From: Tubiluchus corallicola
Lineage: Eukaryota > Animalia > Priapulida
NCBI GenBank assembly: GCA_030141605.1
Contig: JAQGDQ010001106.1
Location: forward strand, 1-62,282
Direction of reading: 5' to 3'
Length of the DNA: 62,282 nt
Shown: piece after piece, positions 25,094 to 39,184 of the stretch
Layout: each line of letters starts with the position of its first letter
Numbering within the stretch: the first letter of the stretch is position 1
Translations under genes and position numbers: made by a program
The notes under the pieces: generated by a model
Told to the model about the DNA's origin: nothing
What the model saw: the letters and a program-made list of their open reading frames with translations, nothing else
The model's database searches: none

Positions 25094-26019
25094 CCAGAAC
25101 AATAGCTAACGTTTTAGTAGCTTTTCTTTCCTTTTTGGCAGCTAGTTTTTCCCTCCTTTTTTTGCTGCCCCTTCCCTTTTTCACAAAATTAAACTTTGTT
25201 ACGTTCTTTTTGCTTTTAGCCTGCTTTGACGGTTTAGTAGTACCGTTATTTTTTTCGTCTGTAGTTGAGCTAACATTAGTTGGTGAGAGAAATGTCGGGT
25301 TTGGAGTCACAGTTTCTGTAAACTTAGTTTCTGTCATATCTGTAGTTTCTGTGATCTCCACATTTGTGGGCGCACAATAACCGGAATCATTACTAGGCTG
25401 TCGCCTACCGTCCGCCTGTGGCGGTAACATCAGGTCCATGGATCGATTGTTTGGTATCACTAAATCCTTCTGAGGATGAAGCGGACTAGATTGTTGAGCA
25501 TCCACACCACCAGGGGGAAGCTCACTGCGTATGCTGATATCATCCCCCTCTGAATCACTTCCTTCATTTTGACTGCCTGTTTGGTCATCTACAAATGAAG
25601 TTCCCTGGACGTTTGGTGTCCTTTCCTGTTCTGAGCTGCTGTCGGTTATTTTCGTTGGGCCGTCCGGTGCGCCGGCTGTTGCAGAGTTCTCAATAGTTCC
25701 CGCGTTGCGTGCTCGTGACATCACCTTGGCGGACTCTGCGGCTTTCCTCGCACGTTCGCGTATCACTTTAAATATCTTATAGTATAATATCACCATGATA
25801 AAACAAGGAATATAGAAAGAACTTATGGAGGAGTAAATGATAAAATCTGAATTGTACAGCACACACAATTGTTCGTTCCGTCCCTCCACCATATTGAGTC
25901 CAGTTGCAATGGGAATTCCGATCGCCGTTGATATGGCCCATACTAAGATGATAGTCAGTGGGACTCGTTTTGATTTCTTGTGCTTTGCATACTTGATGGG
26001 TTGAGTAACAGCTATAAAC
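25094..26019 (-). CDS. DRD2: D2-like dopamine receptor, coding exon 3 (DRF end, TM4, TM5, long ICL3, start of TM6)
   Basis: Acceptor tgttgttctAG then G|TTT ATA GCT GTT ACT CAA CCC (R-F-I-A-V-T-Q-P-I-K-Y). TM5 FIIYSSISSFYIPC carries the catechol-binding serines; KERKATKTLAIVL precedes the GTAAGT donor. 926 nt, phase 2/1. Confidence 0.95.
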
Positions 26020-26608
26020 CTAGAACAACAAACACTGGATTGTCTTATTGTATCTTGTACACACTTTCAACAGAAGTTAAAAACACAGGTTAAAATATAA
26101 TACCCAATGTTATCAAATTCAATTTGGCATTTATACACAGGCCCGCCGGGTTCTCAGCACTTGCAGTGGTTCTTAGACATAAAAAGAACGTATAAATGTT
26201 GACGACGAATCACGCTGACACACGATTGAATATTTTTCTACTGTTTTGAAGAGCTCAAGTTCATTTTTCGCGTTCACAGTAAGTGAGGCTTCGTTTTTTA
26301 ATCGTAACAGTTCAGGCACAGATAGTGCCTTCGTTGTTACTTTTCTGAGTATTTTGAAAGAAAAACAACGAGATTTTCGTCATTTAAAGGACCCAAGAGA
26401 ATTTGTTGTGCTTTCAGGGTTCAGCCATATTGACGTCATATCGTTTAGCTGTCTTTTAGTCACCATTCACATTTGACAAGGCTTAATTTGGTTTATTTTT
26501 TCGGAATAATAAGTTGTTAAAATTTTTATGCCTTGATTTTGTGCACCGCTTCAGACTCTCACACAAAAGTTTCCTGTATGTTCGCTACTCGTGGTTAGGG
26601 AAACGTGC

Positions 26609-27100
26609 TTAGGGAAAGGATAACCAACCGGTTTTTTAATTAGACCTGTATGGAAAGGATAACCAACCCGTTTTTTAATTAGACCTGTAGGGAAAGGATA
26701 ACCAACCCGTTTTTTAATTAGACCTGTAGGGAAAGGATAACCAACCCGTTTTTTAATTAGACCTGTATGGAAAGGATAACCAACCCGTTTTTAAATAGAC
26801 CTGTAGGGAAAGGATAACCAACCCGTTTTTAAATAGACCTGTAGGGAAAGGATAACCAACCCGTTTTTAAATAGACCTGTAGGGAAAGGATAACCAACCC
26901 GTTTTTAAATAGACCTGTAGGGAAAGGATAACCAACCCGTTTTTAATTATACCTGTATGGAAATGATAACCAACCCGTTTTTTAATTATACCTGTATAGA
27001 AAGGATAACCAACCCGTTTTTAATTAGACCTGTAGGGAAAGGATAACCAACCCGTTTTTCAATTAGATCTGTATGGAAAGGATTTTTTAATTAGACCTGT
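26609..27100. repeat. 39-40-bp minisatellite (TAGGGAAAGGATAACCAACCCGTTTTTTAATTAGACCTG), about 12 copies
   Basis: Direct tandem copies. Confidence 0.95.
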
Positions 27101-27577
27101 GAGTTACTGTACAAATAAAAAGAAATAGAAAACCATTTTTTTCTTGGCAAATATCAAAACTCCGTTCGTGGCTGGCGGGAACAAGATTACTAAATATAAT
27201 TGAGCTATCTTTCATCCTTAGACACTAGATGGCGGCAGCGCCTTAAGTTTGTCAAAACACACTGAATTTTATCGAAAACATGTGAGGCAAGGATATTGTG
27301 CGCGAAATGTATAATAGCTTTCTGAGGTTTTCACAGGCTTTGTGACTTCGGCGACTATCCGAAAATGTCTAAGTCGAACTGTCGCCAAAAATGGCAAATC
27401 AAATGTTGTCCAAACAGTTTTTTGCCCTAGAAAAAGACCCGAAATTCGCAAAAAATTGATTGGCCTACTTCGAACTTCGCAGGAGTGATTTGTGACAAAA
27501 ACAGTCGCGAGAATTTTTTAAGACTGTTGGAAGATTTTGGAATGTCGCGAAAAATTGCGGAACCGTGAAATTCTGGC

Positions 27578-27936
27578 TTAAAGGACAAGAAAAGGGGTAC
27601 CTGAAGTAGGTTCCAGAAACGTCACCATAAAAATTATATTACCTTATAGCTATTTTATGCATATATTGTACACGCGCTGAAAGGATTTTTTGCTTGTCTT
27701 CGTTTTAAATCTCCCGCAATACTGTACCGACCGCGTCATAACATGACGTCATAGACGCACAACATAAATAAGGGGACAAGAAGGAAATGCTAAAGTGTGT
27801 CCCGAAAAACTTTGCATTTTGTTTATCTGCTTGAAAGACTTATGTAACTAGAAAAGAAAGTTATGAATTAATTAAAATGTTTTCCTCAAATGCCAAAATG
27901 TCGCTGACTCACCCTCCAGGGTGCACCACTCATTAA
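27578..27936 (+). mobile_element. Kolobok-like MITE family C
   Basis: Starts TTAAAGGACAAGAAAAGGGGTACCTGAAGTAGG; the same terminus occurs as reverse complement at 54365-54398. Internal TGACGTCA. Right end is approximate. Confidence 0.6.
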
Positions 27937-28328
27937 CCAAAAATGTATTTTTAAACTTATTGACAAGATATAGTTATTTACAATTTTATTTAGTTAGTGA
28001 CGTGTGCGCTACGAATGCTGTGATTATTTTTTCACACTTTACTCAGTGTTATCTAAACTTGTTTCAAATGACTTATCGTCAAACTGGCTGCGTCAAACGG
28101 TCATCGCGGGAGTTTAAATTTACATGTTTTATACAGCGTTACTGACGTCGCAAGTCCTGTATGCAAAAAGGTAGTATGCAAATGCTATAAAATTTCAAGA
28201 CGAATTTTTTCAGCTTGATATAAGTCGAGGGTTTTCTTGTGATTTAAGCAGACACGTAGTTTTCGAGTAACACCATTTGAACCAGCTATAAATGTGATTT
28301 GGGAGATATCTCGTAGAAAGCCTACCCA

Positions 28329-28829
28329 TCCAGTTTTGTAACTGTGGATTTCGATTTGAGTCTGTTGAACACTTTTTGTTGCACTGCCCATCGTATCAAC
28401 AAACTAGGGTTATTATGTTTGATAAATTAAATGAAATGCTTTTGCCTGAAAACCTTATTATAGCTTCCTTAGGAACTAATGATCTGTTGAAATTGTTATT
28501 GTTTGGAAAAGATGAATTTAACTATTTTGCTAACTGTAAAATATTCCAGCGTATACATGACTTTATATTACGTACCAAACGCTTCCAGTAGTTTCTACCT
28601 GATATGAAATGCATCAGTCTTAAATATTCGGACATTAATATTTTCTAACCGTCATTTTCTACTAATGTCTAATGTAATCTTCTAGTAAAACTTGTCAGCT
28701 TGTGTAGTTATAGTCTATTCCTACAGTAAATGTTTTTGTAAATAGTGTATAAAGTCTGTTTTGGTGAGGATCCTAAATCATGTTGTTCAAACTGTCTGAT
28801 CCAATCCCATAATAAATTATGTTTAAACT
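28329..28829 (+). mobile_element. 5'-truncated LINE 3' end (CCHC zinc knuckle CNCGFRFESVEHFLLHC, stop, 3'UTR)
   Basis: The ORF tail is typical of a non-LTR retrotransposon ORF2, with AATAAA near the end. A 12-bp TSD AAAGCCTACCCA lies at 28317-28328 and 28830-28841. Confidence 0.85.
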
Positions 28830-29485
28830 AAAGCCTACCCACGCCAACAAGACCTACAAAATAAGAACATGGCGTACGCCAATGCATATACTTGACGACA
28901 AACAGCTATTTGGTCTAAGTCAGGTCTTCAAAAAAAAACATTCGATAAGCATATTATCGTAATTATCATTGGCGCGCTGGTCTATAGTTCTCAACAGACC
29001 AACTTGGAATAATTCAGTCTGAACACGTTTTCAATTGCAGAAGAGTCAGTGAATTACGAGCTTCTCTGTTGACGACACCAGCAAGTCTATTAGCGAAAAA
29101 AAAGAGTCATTCTCGTTAATTTGTTATTGCAAGAAACTGGCTTCATTCCCAAGCGATTACCAATGATTGCTCGGCGAATTCTAGTTTTAGCAAATTAAGT
29201 TTAAAGAAAGGGGGGGGGGATTCGCTGGGGAAATTCCAAGAGGGCTTAATGCATTTGTATTCGTCTTACCGTTGCGGTTAATCTAGTATTACATTGAACA
29301 CAGGTCTGATAATCCTAATCGGATTATTAGTGTTATTACGATTTTACAGGTCGCTGCATCTCTGGTGCAAAACAACAGTATGACAGTGACATTCACAATG
29401 GCTATGGAAATGTCAAAAGTAAGAACAAAAGCAGTAAGCACAACCACAGCTAAAGAACAGCGATGACGACAATTGATACACTTAC

Positions 29486-29598
29486 CTGTCGATACTAATA
29501 GCTGCTAGATTAAATATGGATGCCGTGCTCGCAGTGACATCTGTGGCAATATACATATCGCAAGCAATAACGCCAATCTCCCAGATGCCCATTTTTAC
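29486..29598 (-). CDS. DRD2: D2-like dopamine receptor, coding exon 2 (ECL1-TM3): VKMGIWEIGVIACDMYIATDVTASTASIFNLAAISID(R)
   Basis: Not in the ORF track. ttttgcttctAG acceptor and GTAAGT donor; 113 nt, phase 0/2. Contains Cys3.25, the amine-binding Asp3.32 and the start of DRF. Confidence 0.95.
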
Positions 29599-29894
29599 CT
29601 AGAAGCAAAAAAACACAGACTAATTAGTCTATGTATCTACTTTTAAACTGCACTACATTAAAACAGGACAATAACTTAACATAATTCTAGCTTTCGTAGA
29701 TTTTCTTCTATGTGAAAACTTATATCAGCATACCGCTAATTACTATTTTAAGTAAATAAACTGACAGTAAAAGGCGTACTGCATAGTATAATCTGTCCAT
29801 CTTGATAGATTCTGTACAAATTTCACAGCTCTAAAGACTGTGAATTGCTACTATACCAGTTTCCGTCTCCGTTCTCCTTCTTTTTCCAGCTATC

Positions 29895-31748
29895 CACTAC
29901 CTGAGATGAGACTGGCGTCTGATAAACAAACACGTAGGCCCAGTTGTCACTACCTGATATGAGACTGGCGTCTGATAAACAAACACTTAGACCCAGTTGC
30001 AACTACCTGATATGAGACTGGCATTTGATAAACAAACACTTAGGCTCAGTTGTCACTACCTGATATGAGACTGGCGTCTGATAAACAAACACTTAGGCCC
30101 AGTTGTCACTAGCTGATATGAGACTGGCGTCTGTTAAACAAACACTTAGGCCCAGTTGTCACTAGCTGATATGAGACTGGCGTCTGTTAAACAAACACTT
30201 AGGCCCAGTTGTCACTAGCTGATATGAGACTGGCGTCTGATAAACAAACACTTAGACCCAGTTGTCACTACCTGATATGAGACTGGCGTCTGATAAACAA
30301 ACACTTAGACCCAGTTGTCACTAGCTGATATGAGACTGGCGTCTGATAAACAAACACGTAGGCTCAGTTGCCACTACCTGATATGAGACTGGCGTCTGAT
30401 AAACAAACACTTAGGCCCAGTTGTCACTAGCTGATACGAGACTGGCGTCTGTTAAACAAACACTTAGGCCCAGTTGTCACTAGCTGATATGAGACTGGCG
30501 TCTGATAAACAAACACTTAGACCCAGTTGTCACTACCTGATATGAGACTGGCGTCTGATAAACAAACACTTAGACCCAGTTGTCACTAGCTGATATGAGA
30601 CTGGCGTCTGATAAACAAACACGTAGGCTCAGTTGCCACTACCTGATATGAGACTGGCGTCTGATAAACAAACACTTAGGCCCAGTTGTCACTAGCTGAT
30701 ATGAGACTGGCGTCTGATAAACAAACACTTAGGCCCAGTTGTCACTAGCTGATATGAGACTGGCATTTGATAAACAAACACGTAGGCCCAGTTGCAACTA
30801 CCTGATATGAGACTGGCGTCTGATAAACAAACACTTAGGCCCAGTTGTCACTACCTGATATGAGACTGGCGTCTGATAAACAAACACTTAGACCCAGTTG
30901 TCACTACCTGATATGAGACTGGCGTCTGATAAACAAACACTTAGGCCCAGTTGTCACTACCTGATATGAGACTGGCGTCTGATAAACAAACACTTAGGCT
31001 CAGTTGCCACTACCTGATATGAGACTGGCGTCTGATAAACAAACACTTAGGCTCAGTTGTCACTACCTGATATGAGACTGGCATTTGATAAACAAACACG
31101 TAGGCCCAGTTGCAACTACCTGATATGAGACTGGCGTCTGATAAACAAACACGTAGGCCCAGTTGCAACTACCTGATATGAGACTGGCGTCTGATAAACA
31201 AACACTTAGGCTCAGTTGCCACTACCTGATATGAGACTGGCGTCTGATAAACAAACACTTAGACCCAGTTGTCACTACCTGATATGAGACTGGCGTCTGA
31301 TAAACAAACACTTAGGCTCAGTTGCCACTACCTGATATGAGACTGGCGTCTGATAAACAAACACTTAGGCTCAGTTGTCACTACCTGATATGAGACTGGC
31401 GTCTGATAAACAAACACTGAGACCCAGTTGTCACTACCTGATATGAGACTGGCGTCTGATAAACAAACACTTAGGCTCAGTTGTCACTACCTGATATGAG
31501 ACTGGCGTCTGATAAACAAACACTTAGGCCCAGTTGTCACTACCTGATATGAGACTCGCATTTGATAAACAAACACTTAGGCCCAGTTGCCACTACCTGA
31601 TATGAGACTCGCATTTGATAAACAAACACTTAGACCCAGTTGTCACTACCTGATATGAGACTGGCGTCTGATAAACAAACACTTAGGCTCAGTTGTCACT
31701 ACCTGATATGAGACTGGCGTCTGATAAACAAACACTTAGGCTCAGTTG
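29895..31748. repeat. 53-bp minisatellite (CTACCTGATATGAGACTGGCGTCTGATAAACAAACACTTAGGCCCAGTTGTCA), about 35 copies, intronic
   Basis: Direct tandem copies with few variant positions. Confidence 0.97.
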
Positions 31749-32457
31749 TTTGTGACCAATTTATTAGATTTTGGTAACTGTAAAACTATGAGTCAACCGT
31801 GTGCTCGAAATGCAAAATATTGCGAAGAAAGGCACCAACGTGGCATAGTTAAACGAAAAAGCAGAAAACCTAAAGAAGAACCAAACAAAAAACGTGGCGA
31901 TGATGTTGACAACGAAGATGATGACGACAACAAGGACGACGTTGATGGTAAGACATTTATTAAAATTATTACAAATGCAGCGCCATCTACAGCCACTCCC
32001 ACTGAATCTTAGAACGACGACTGAGTTTCATTAGATGCAGGGATGGAAACTCAATTATTCTGCTGCTTCTACGACATTAAAACAAACAGAGAAAAGCAAT
32101 ATGCATTATCGATATTTCATAAAAGCAAAATCAATAGAGTTGAATTATGATAATTAAGATAGGGAGCGATTGTAAGGAATAGAATGAGTAGTTACGCATC
32201 AGACACTGGAGTATTCATTTTGCGTTGAATTTTTCCTATAAATTTCATTAAACTTTAAAACTGCGTATTGCTTGTGTGGCGTTATGTCAGTTGATTTGGT
32301 AATTGGTGCATGTTGTAGCCCGGATGTTAATATTTGTTTCCCAGATCATTGTTAGAATTCTCTTTTTGTTTGCTGATGAAAAAAACGCACTATATGAATC
32401 TACTTTTGTTTGAGTAAAACTAATAAGTTTTGCGTGAAAATTTGACAATTAAATATT

Positions 32458-33328
32458 TAGGGTTAGCCATAAGGTAGGGTTGACCATAGGGTAGGGTTAG
32501 CTATAAGGTAGGGTTGACCATAAGGTAGGGTAACCATAAGGTAGGGCTAGCCATAAGGTAGGGTTGACCATAAGGTAGGGTTGACCATAAGGTAGGTTTG
32601 ACCATAAGCTAGGATTAGCCATAAGGTAGGGTTAGCCATAAGGTAGGGCTGACTATAAGGTAGGGTTAGCCATAAGGTGGGGTTGACTATAAGGTAGGGT
32701 TAGCCATAAGGTGGGGTTGACCATAAGGTAGGGTTGACCATAAGGTGGGGCTGACCATAAGGTAGGGTTAGCCATAAGGTGGGGTTGACCATAAGGTAGG
32801 GTTGACCATAAGGTAGGGTTGACCATAAGGTAGGGTTGACTATAAGGTAGGGTTAGCCATAAGGTAGGGCTGACTATAAGGTAGGGTTGACCATAAGGTA
32901 GGGCTGACTATAAGGTAGGGTTAGCCATAAGGTGGGGTTGACCATAATATAGGGTTAGCCATACGGTAGGTTTAGCCATAAGGTAGGGTTGACCATAGGG
33001 TAGGATTAGCCATAAGGTAGGTCTGACCATAAGCTAGGACTAGCCATAAGGTGGGGTTGCCCATAAGGTAGGGTTGACCATAAGGTAGGGTTAGCCATAA
33101 GGTAGGTTTGACCATAAGCTAGGATTAGCCATAAGGTGGGGTTGACTATAAGGTAGGGTTAGCCATAACGTAGGGCTGACTATAAGGTAGGGTTAGCCAT
33201 GACGTAGGGCTGACTATAAGGTAGGGTTAGCCATGACGTAGGGCTGACTATAAGGTAGGGTTAGCCATAACGTAGGGTTGATCATAAGGTAGGGTTAGCC
33301 GGTTAGCCATAACGTAGGGTTAACCATA
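32458..33328. repeat. 17-bp minisatellite (GGTAGGGTT(AG/GA)CCATAA), about 50 copies
   Basis: Direct tandem copies. Confidence 0.96.
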
Positions 33329-33489
33329 AATCAGGGTAAATATGATTTTTCGTTGTTTCTACACTAAAAAAATAAATGCACTTTTGACTGGATCCCTTGT
33401 TGAGACGTCGTGTTCATCAGTGGAGTCATTTCATCACATACAAGATATAGACATTTTTCTCGTAGGCTGCACCAACAAAATCAGTTTAA

Positions 33490-34080
33490 TTAAGTTTCTT
33501 ATTTAGTCAGACTATCGGAACTAAAACTGTAGCCACTCGGAGCACCTTTCTCTGATCTTAAGATGGTGGGTTTAAATTTTGATGATTTTTTTTCAGTATG
33601 CTTCAACCAATCACTTGCGTGGTCACAATTTTAAACTGCTCACGTCTTTTTCGAGACTAAACGTCTCAAAACTCTCATCTCCTAACAGAGTTGCAAACAT
33701 TTGGAATGTTCTCGATTGTCATGTAGTTGATGCTACCTTGTCAGTTTTTATCAATCGATTAGCTGACGTTATTGTAACTTTATCCGAAGCATGAAAGATT
33801 ATCGTAGGCCTAATTGGTTCTCTTCATGTCATATTACAGTACAAAACGTGTTGTATTGAGTATATAATTCATATTTAGTTACATTTTATAGAAAGCTTTT
33901 TAATGAGACGTATTCGATTCCAAGGTAGTGTTTTTATAGTGTTAATTTTTGGGCGTCATTTGTTTGTTTTTGTAGGATCAATCATCAACGTAAGTGCGCA
34001 TGCGCCTGCTGATTTCTTTCTTTTATACAATTTTAATATATGTATAAATGTCAGTAATTAAAGTAAAAATAAATAAAATA
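33490..34080 (+). mobile_element. Decayed CR1-type LINE 3' fragment
   Basis: The translation LRGHNFKL...RLNV...NRVANIWNVL...VVDA resembles the CR1 ORF2 C-terminus. An AT-rich tail with AATAAA follows. Confidence 0.65.
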
Positions 34081-34669
34081 CCGTTTTGTCGTTATTAAAA
34101 GATTTCATAGAATTTGATGAAAGGTATGAATATGCATATCTTGTAGTCAGTAACAACATTTCAGATCTGAAAAGCACGTTTTAATGGCCTCACTAAGACT
34201 ATAAAAAACTGATTTTACGACTTTAAGAATTAGGTAAACTAAACATTGTTATTTTGCTCCGGTTTTCAAACGGTTTTCCATAATTCGTAGAAGTTAATAT
34301 TTTGTGTTTTTTATTCCTTGTGTTTGGTTTCTTTCGCCTGATTATAGTTTACAGTGGTGAATCTAAACGCCATCTTTTTCTAGGTTTTTTATTACGGGCA
34401 TTTTTTAGTTCACCCAATTCTTTTTTATTTTCTAGATATTATTTGATGTTGTGTTGTGTTGTGTTGCATGTTGCTGTACTGTTTTATGTTGTTGTGCTGT
34501 GTGAAGCCAAATTAAGTGGGCCTTAGTGGGGTGTATGGTGTGGAGTGGTGTGGTGTAGGTAGAGTCCTATCCTGTTTAATGTGGGGTCGTTCCAGGCTAC
34601 GTCGTGATGTCCGGTGTTGTGTGTCATTCTGCTGTATTCGAATTCTGCTACGCTGTTATAGAGTCATTT

Positions 34670-35470
<801 letters not shown>

Positions 35471-36415
35471 GTTCGCTTTCAAAGCAGAACACGTTGTAAA
35501 AACAGTTTCCTCCAGGCCTCATTTCTCAGCTCGCATATTGTCGTCCAAATCGTTAATCTATTCTGAGAAAAACCGAGGCGTGATCAATTTTCTCTTGATT
35601 GTAGATGGCTGATACTTTTAATGGCTGATATTTGTCCCGAGGCAGTTCATATATATGCAGTGAAACCCAGCCTCTATAGTGAGCCGAGCACAGTAATTAT
35701 TTTCGCCTGCAAAATCTACAAAATTATGATCGATGAATGAAAAACAAATAGAGGCAAGATCAAACAATGTAAAAAGTATACGCTGGAGCAGTGGCTAAAG
35801 AAACAACTGATTTCTATAATCTCCGCGTAGGCATTTCAAAAGTAATTTGTCAAGGACAAGAAGAGTAAGAATGAATGTAAAGTAGCTTACGTTTTTACTT
35901 CCATATTATGCTCTTCTTACTTCATATATATTCACTATTATGATTATTCTGCTCGTTGTTTCACAGCTATTATTAAGTTTTTATTATATTTTGTTTGAGT
36001 TTATTACTACATATTTTGTTTCTTTCACTGACTTATTATTTATGTTTTTTTTTGGTTTGACCTTTTTCTAGTTTTTTTGTTTTAATCGGTTAGTTAAATG
36101 CTTTATATATTTTGTTAATCATCATTTCATATTTTTCATTTTATTTCTTTGTTGCATAGCTTACTTAGTTGTTTCGCTTTCATGCTTAATGTATCCCCCC
36201 CATAAATTCATGTTAATAGCAGCACCACAAATTTTTTACAATTTTCACTAACCTGAGAAGGGTAGCTGACTCGATGACCAATTGGTCTTTCGCTACCCTT
36301 TCTCCTGCACCCCCCTTAACTCTTCCCTTTATGCTTAATTTATCCTTTTTAATCAATAACTATAAAAAATAATTAGTCAATTTGTATACAGGTGTAAATG
36401 AGGAGATAAATAAAA

Positions 36416-36657
36416 ATGTCTATGTCTATGTCTATGTCTATGTCTATGTCTATGTCTATGTCTATGTCTATGTCTATGTCTATGTCTATGTCTATGTCTA
36501 TGTCTATGTCTATGTCTATGTCTATGTCTATGTCTATGTCTATGTCTATGTCTATGTCTATGTCTATGTCTATGTCTATGTCTATGTCTATGTCTATGTC
36601 TATGTCTATGTCTATGTCTATGTCTATGTCTATGTCTATGTCTATGTCTATGTCTAT
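36416..36657. repeat. Perfect (ATGTCT)n hexanucleotide microsatellite, about 40 units
   Basis: Direct reading. Confidence 0.98.
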
Positions 36658-37067
36658 CGTTGTCATTGTCCGCATTACCATCATCATGCCATTAAAGTCA
36701 TACTTTTTGACGATTATGCTGAAAAAGGAACATCAGCTGCATAGAACTTAAGCAGGTATTCGTCTTCTTACAAAATGGTCTACGGGCAGATATTCTGTGT
36801 CAGTAAAACTTCAACTTCACACGAGACGAATTTTGAAAAAAAAACGCCAGGAATTTTATAGATGACAAATTTCGCTAAATTTTCCATTAGTTTTAGACTT
36901 GTAGAAGAGCTTTTAACATTAATAGGAGACATTATGGGTTTAACATAACCTCGCCCGGGTCTTCCATAATTAAATGCCAGTAACTAATTTTATATGCTAA
37001 CCTTTGTGTATGTGATATGCCGCACGCTAACCAAAGTTACCTCAATGGTCCATATTTTCCAGAATGG

Positions 37068-37608
37068 TTGAAAGAAAACCGGACGATTGTTTAGACTCAA
37101 TCTCATTTTAATTTACTGTCCAAAATATATATTTTCTAGCCTATAAAAGTTAGCAGTTGTTTTTTTATATTTGAATAATTAGCTTAGAAAGTTAATTAAC
37201 GGCAATCGAACACAGCTATTGCTTACGTCACAAACTAACCAAAGTTTGTGCAATGGCAGGCGTCTTCCCTTGCGCATCAAGCACGTTTGAATAAGTGTTA
37301 CAGTACTGGCTAAACGTGTGATGTCACGAAAATGGGCTCTACGTCATATGACGTCAGAAACTAACACTGCAGTTCATGATCATGGTTATCACTGTACCGC
37401 CTTGTATTTGTCAGCCACGCGAATGTGACAAAAAGGCGTCGCTGCCAATCTTAGTAGATTTTACTAAGCAGCGCGTAGCTTTAAAAGTTTACCGAAATTT
37501 GAGTATCCGAGGTAATTATTATTTAATCTAAGCTTTGATTTAAAGTAAGCTATTGTAGTTTTCAATATTCTCAACTAATGTTTACACAATCATCCGGTTT
37601 TCCTTTAA
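37068..37608 (+). mobile_element. Kolobok-like MITE family A, copy 4
   Basis: Both TIRs, right TTAA, homologous body. Confidence 0.88.
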
Positions 37609-38556
37609 CATCAGAGATGGAGTAACTGCGCTGTGCCAGTTCTACCTATTACGATGAACTGTGAAACTTTACACTAATGATCTCTTCTACGATGTGGCCT
37701 GATTAAAATGAAGTTTCCTTAAGCATGAAAATGAATTAATAGACACGCATAGATGTTAAACAAAAATGTGCAGTTTGTACAACTCATGTGTTGCTGGTCC
37801 ACCCGATCTGTCTTGAGCTTTCAGCAAATTAACTAATGTGGTCAGTTTACATTATTATCAATAAACAGTTGCGCAGCTGTTAGGAAAAAAAGGAACAAAC
37901 TGCATTCGTCTTTCGTGATGTTTTCGCAACAATGAAAAATGAGTCTGATTTGCTGAGTATTTCCACGACCGCTCGAGATTTCGCCGGAATGTTATCAAAA
38001 TGACGGTGCGTCTCAACTGAAATCATTCCTATTCACCGCTCACAGGCCTGAATATTGTGTTTGTCCATCAGAAATTTTCTCCTTTAATGTTGATGCGTTT
38101 TTCCTCGAGCTCTTTCAATCTGCTGTTTTCTTTAAAAATTGCATAACGTTAAGTGCGTGTTTCCCCGGCAGTTTATCTTGCCAGCTGAGTGAAATATATC
38201 GCATTTCAATGCCTCAGCGGCGCACTTCTCAAACCATAGCCGCTAGGAAATCCACTAGACAGCTGTATTAGTAAGACGACTGCTCTTTGGAAGGTTGAAT
38301 GAAACTTTCTGCGATCTGGAATAAAAACTAACAGGGCGGACGTAGGTGTATGAAAAAAAGAACCATTACATGAACATTAAACAGTGATTGTCACCATCCA
38401 TCGTAACCACTACCGCCAGCAACACCTATGTAAGGTCATCGACATATAAATCTTTCTCTAACTAGTCAATAGATGGCACTGTGTTTTTGCAAATAATGAT
38501 TCCTCAGGCGCCGGAAGGAGTTTTCAATTCCCCCACACAATTTAAATACACTATTT

Positions 38557-38640
38557 CTAACCTTAACCCTAACCCTAACATTATTCCTAACCCAACTTTC
38601 ACCCTAGCCCTAACCCCAACCCCAACCTTAACCCTAACCC
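38557..38640. repeat. Degenerate interstitial telomere-like (CCCTAA)n tract
   Basis: ctaaccttaaccctaaccctaac...ccctagccctaaccccaaccccaaccttaaccctaaccc. Confidence 0.75.
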
Positions 38641-39184
38641 GTTTCACGAACTAGTAAACTTTACTGGTGTCGCCGTCTACCAATGTTATTGTTGAATTAT
38701 GAGAACCTTTAACAATATTAGATGCTCTGCTACCATGTTTTCGAGCTGGTCAGGTAAAACACCCACACCTCCCCACCCCCATACGCCCGGCATTGGTTTC
38801 AATTTTTCAAAATCGAAGAACAGCAAGATATTGGCTTCACACTTTTGCCTCTAATTGAAGAAGAATGTTATAGCGTTTCGCTTCTTGCAAAAAGGTGTCA
38901 TCGAGACGCGTTCATAGAATTGTAATTGCTCTCAGAGTGTAAGTAAACAAAACCTAGCCAAAGCTCAAAAGGTTTCTCCTCTTGTACCAATAGTACAGTA
39001 ATTATCATTTGCTAAAGTTTTGACTACCAGGTGACGGAAATGAATCTACTACATTCCAATGTATCAGAAATAAAAAACCGCATCTCAGGCAAGCCTCGCT
39101 TCCACTTTTTTTATGGAATTTTGTAAGTTTGTGGTCTTCGAGTTTAGAGTCGGGGTGCCGGCTTTATTTTGACTACAGATTATG

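Noticed and set aside
29895-31748. 53-bp array (and the 35-, 40-, 48- and 82-bp arrays) as CRISPR or ncRNA arrays
   Set aside because: No spacers; these are plain tandem minisatellites in eukaryotic intronic or intergenic DNA.
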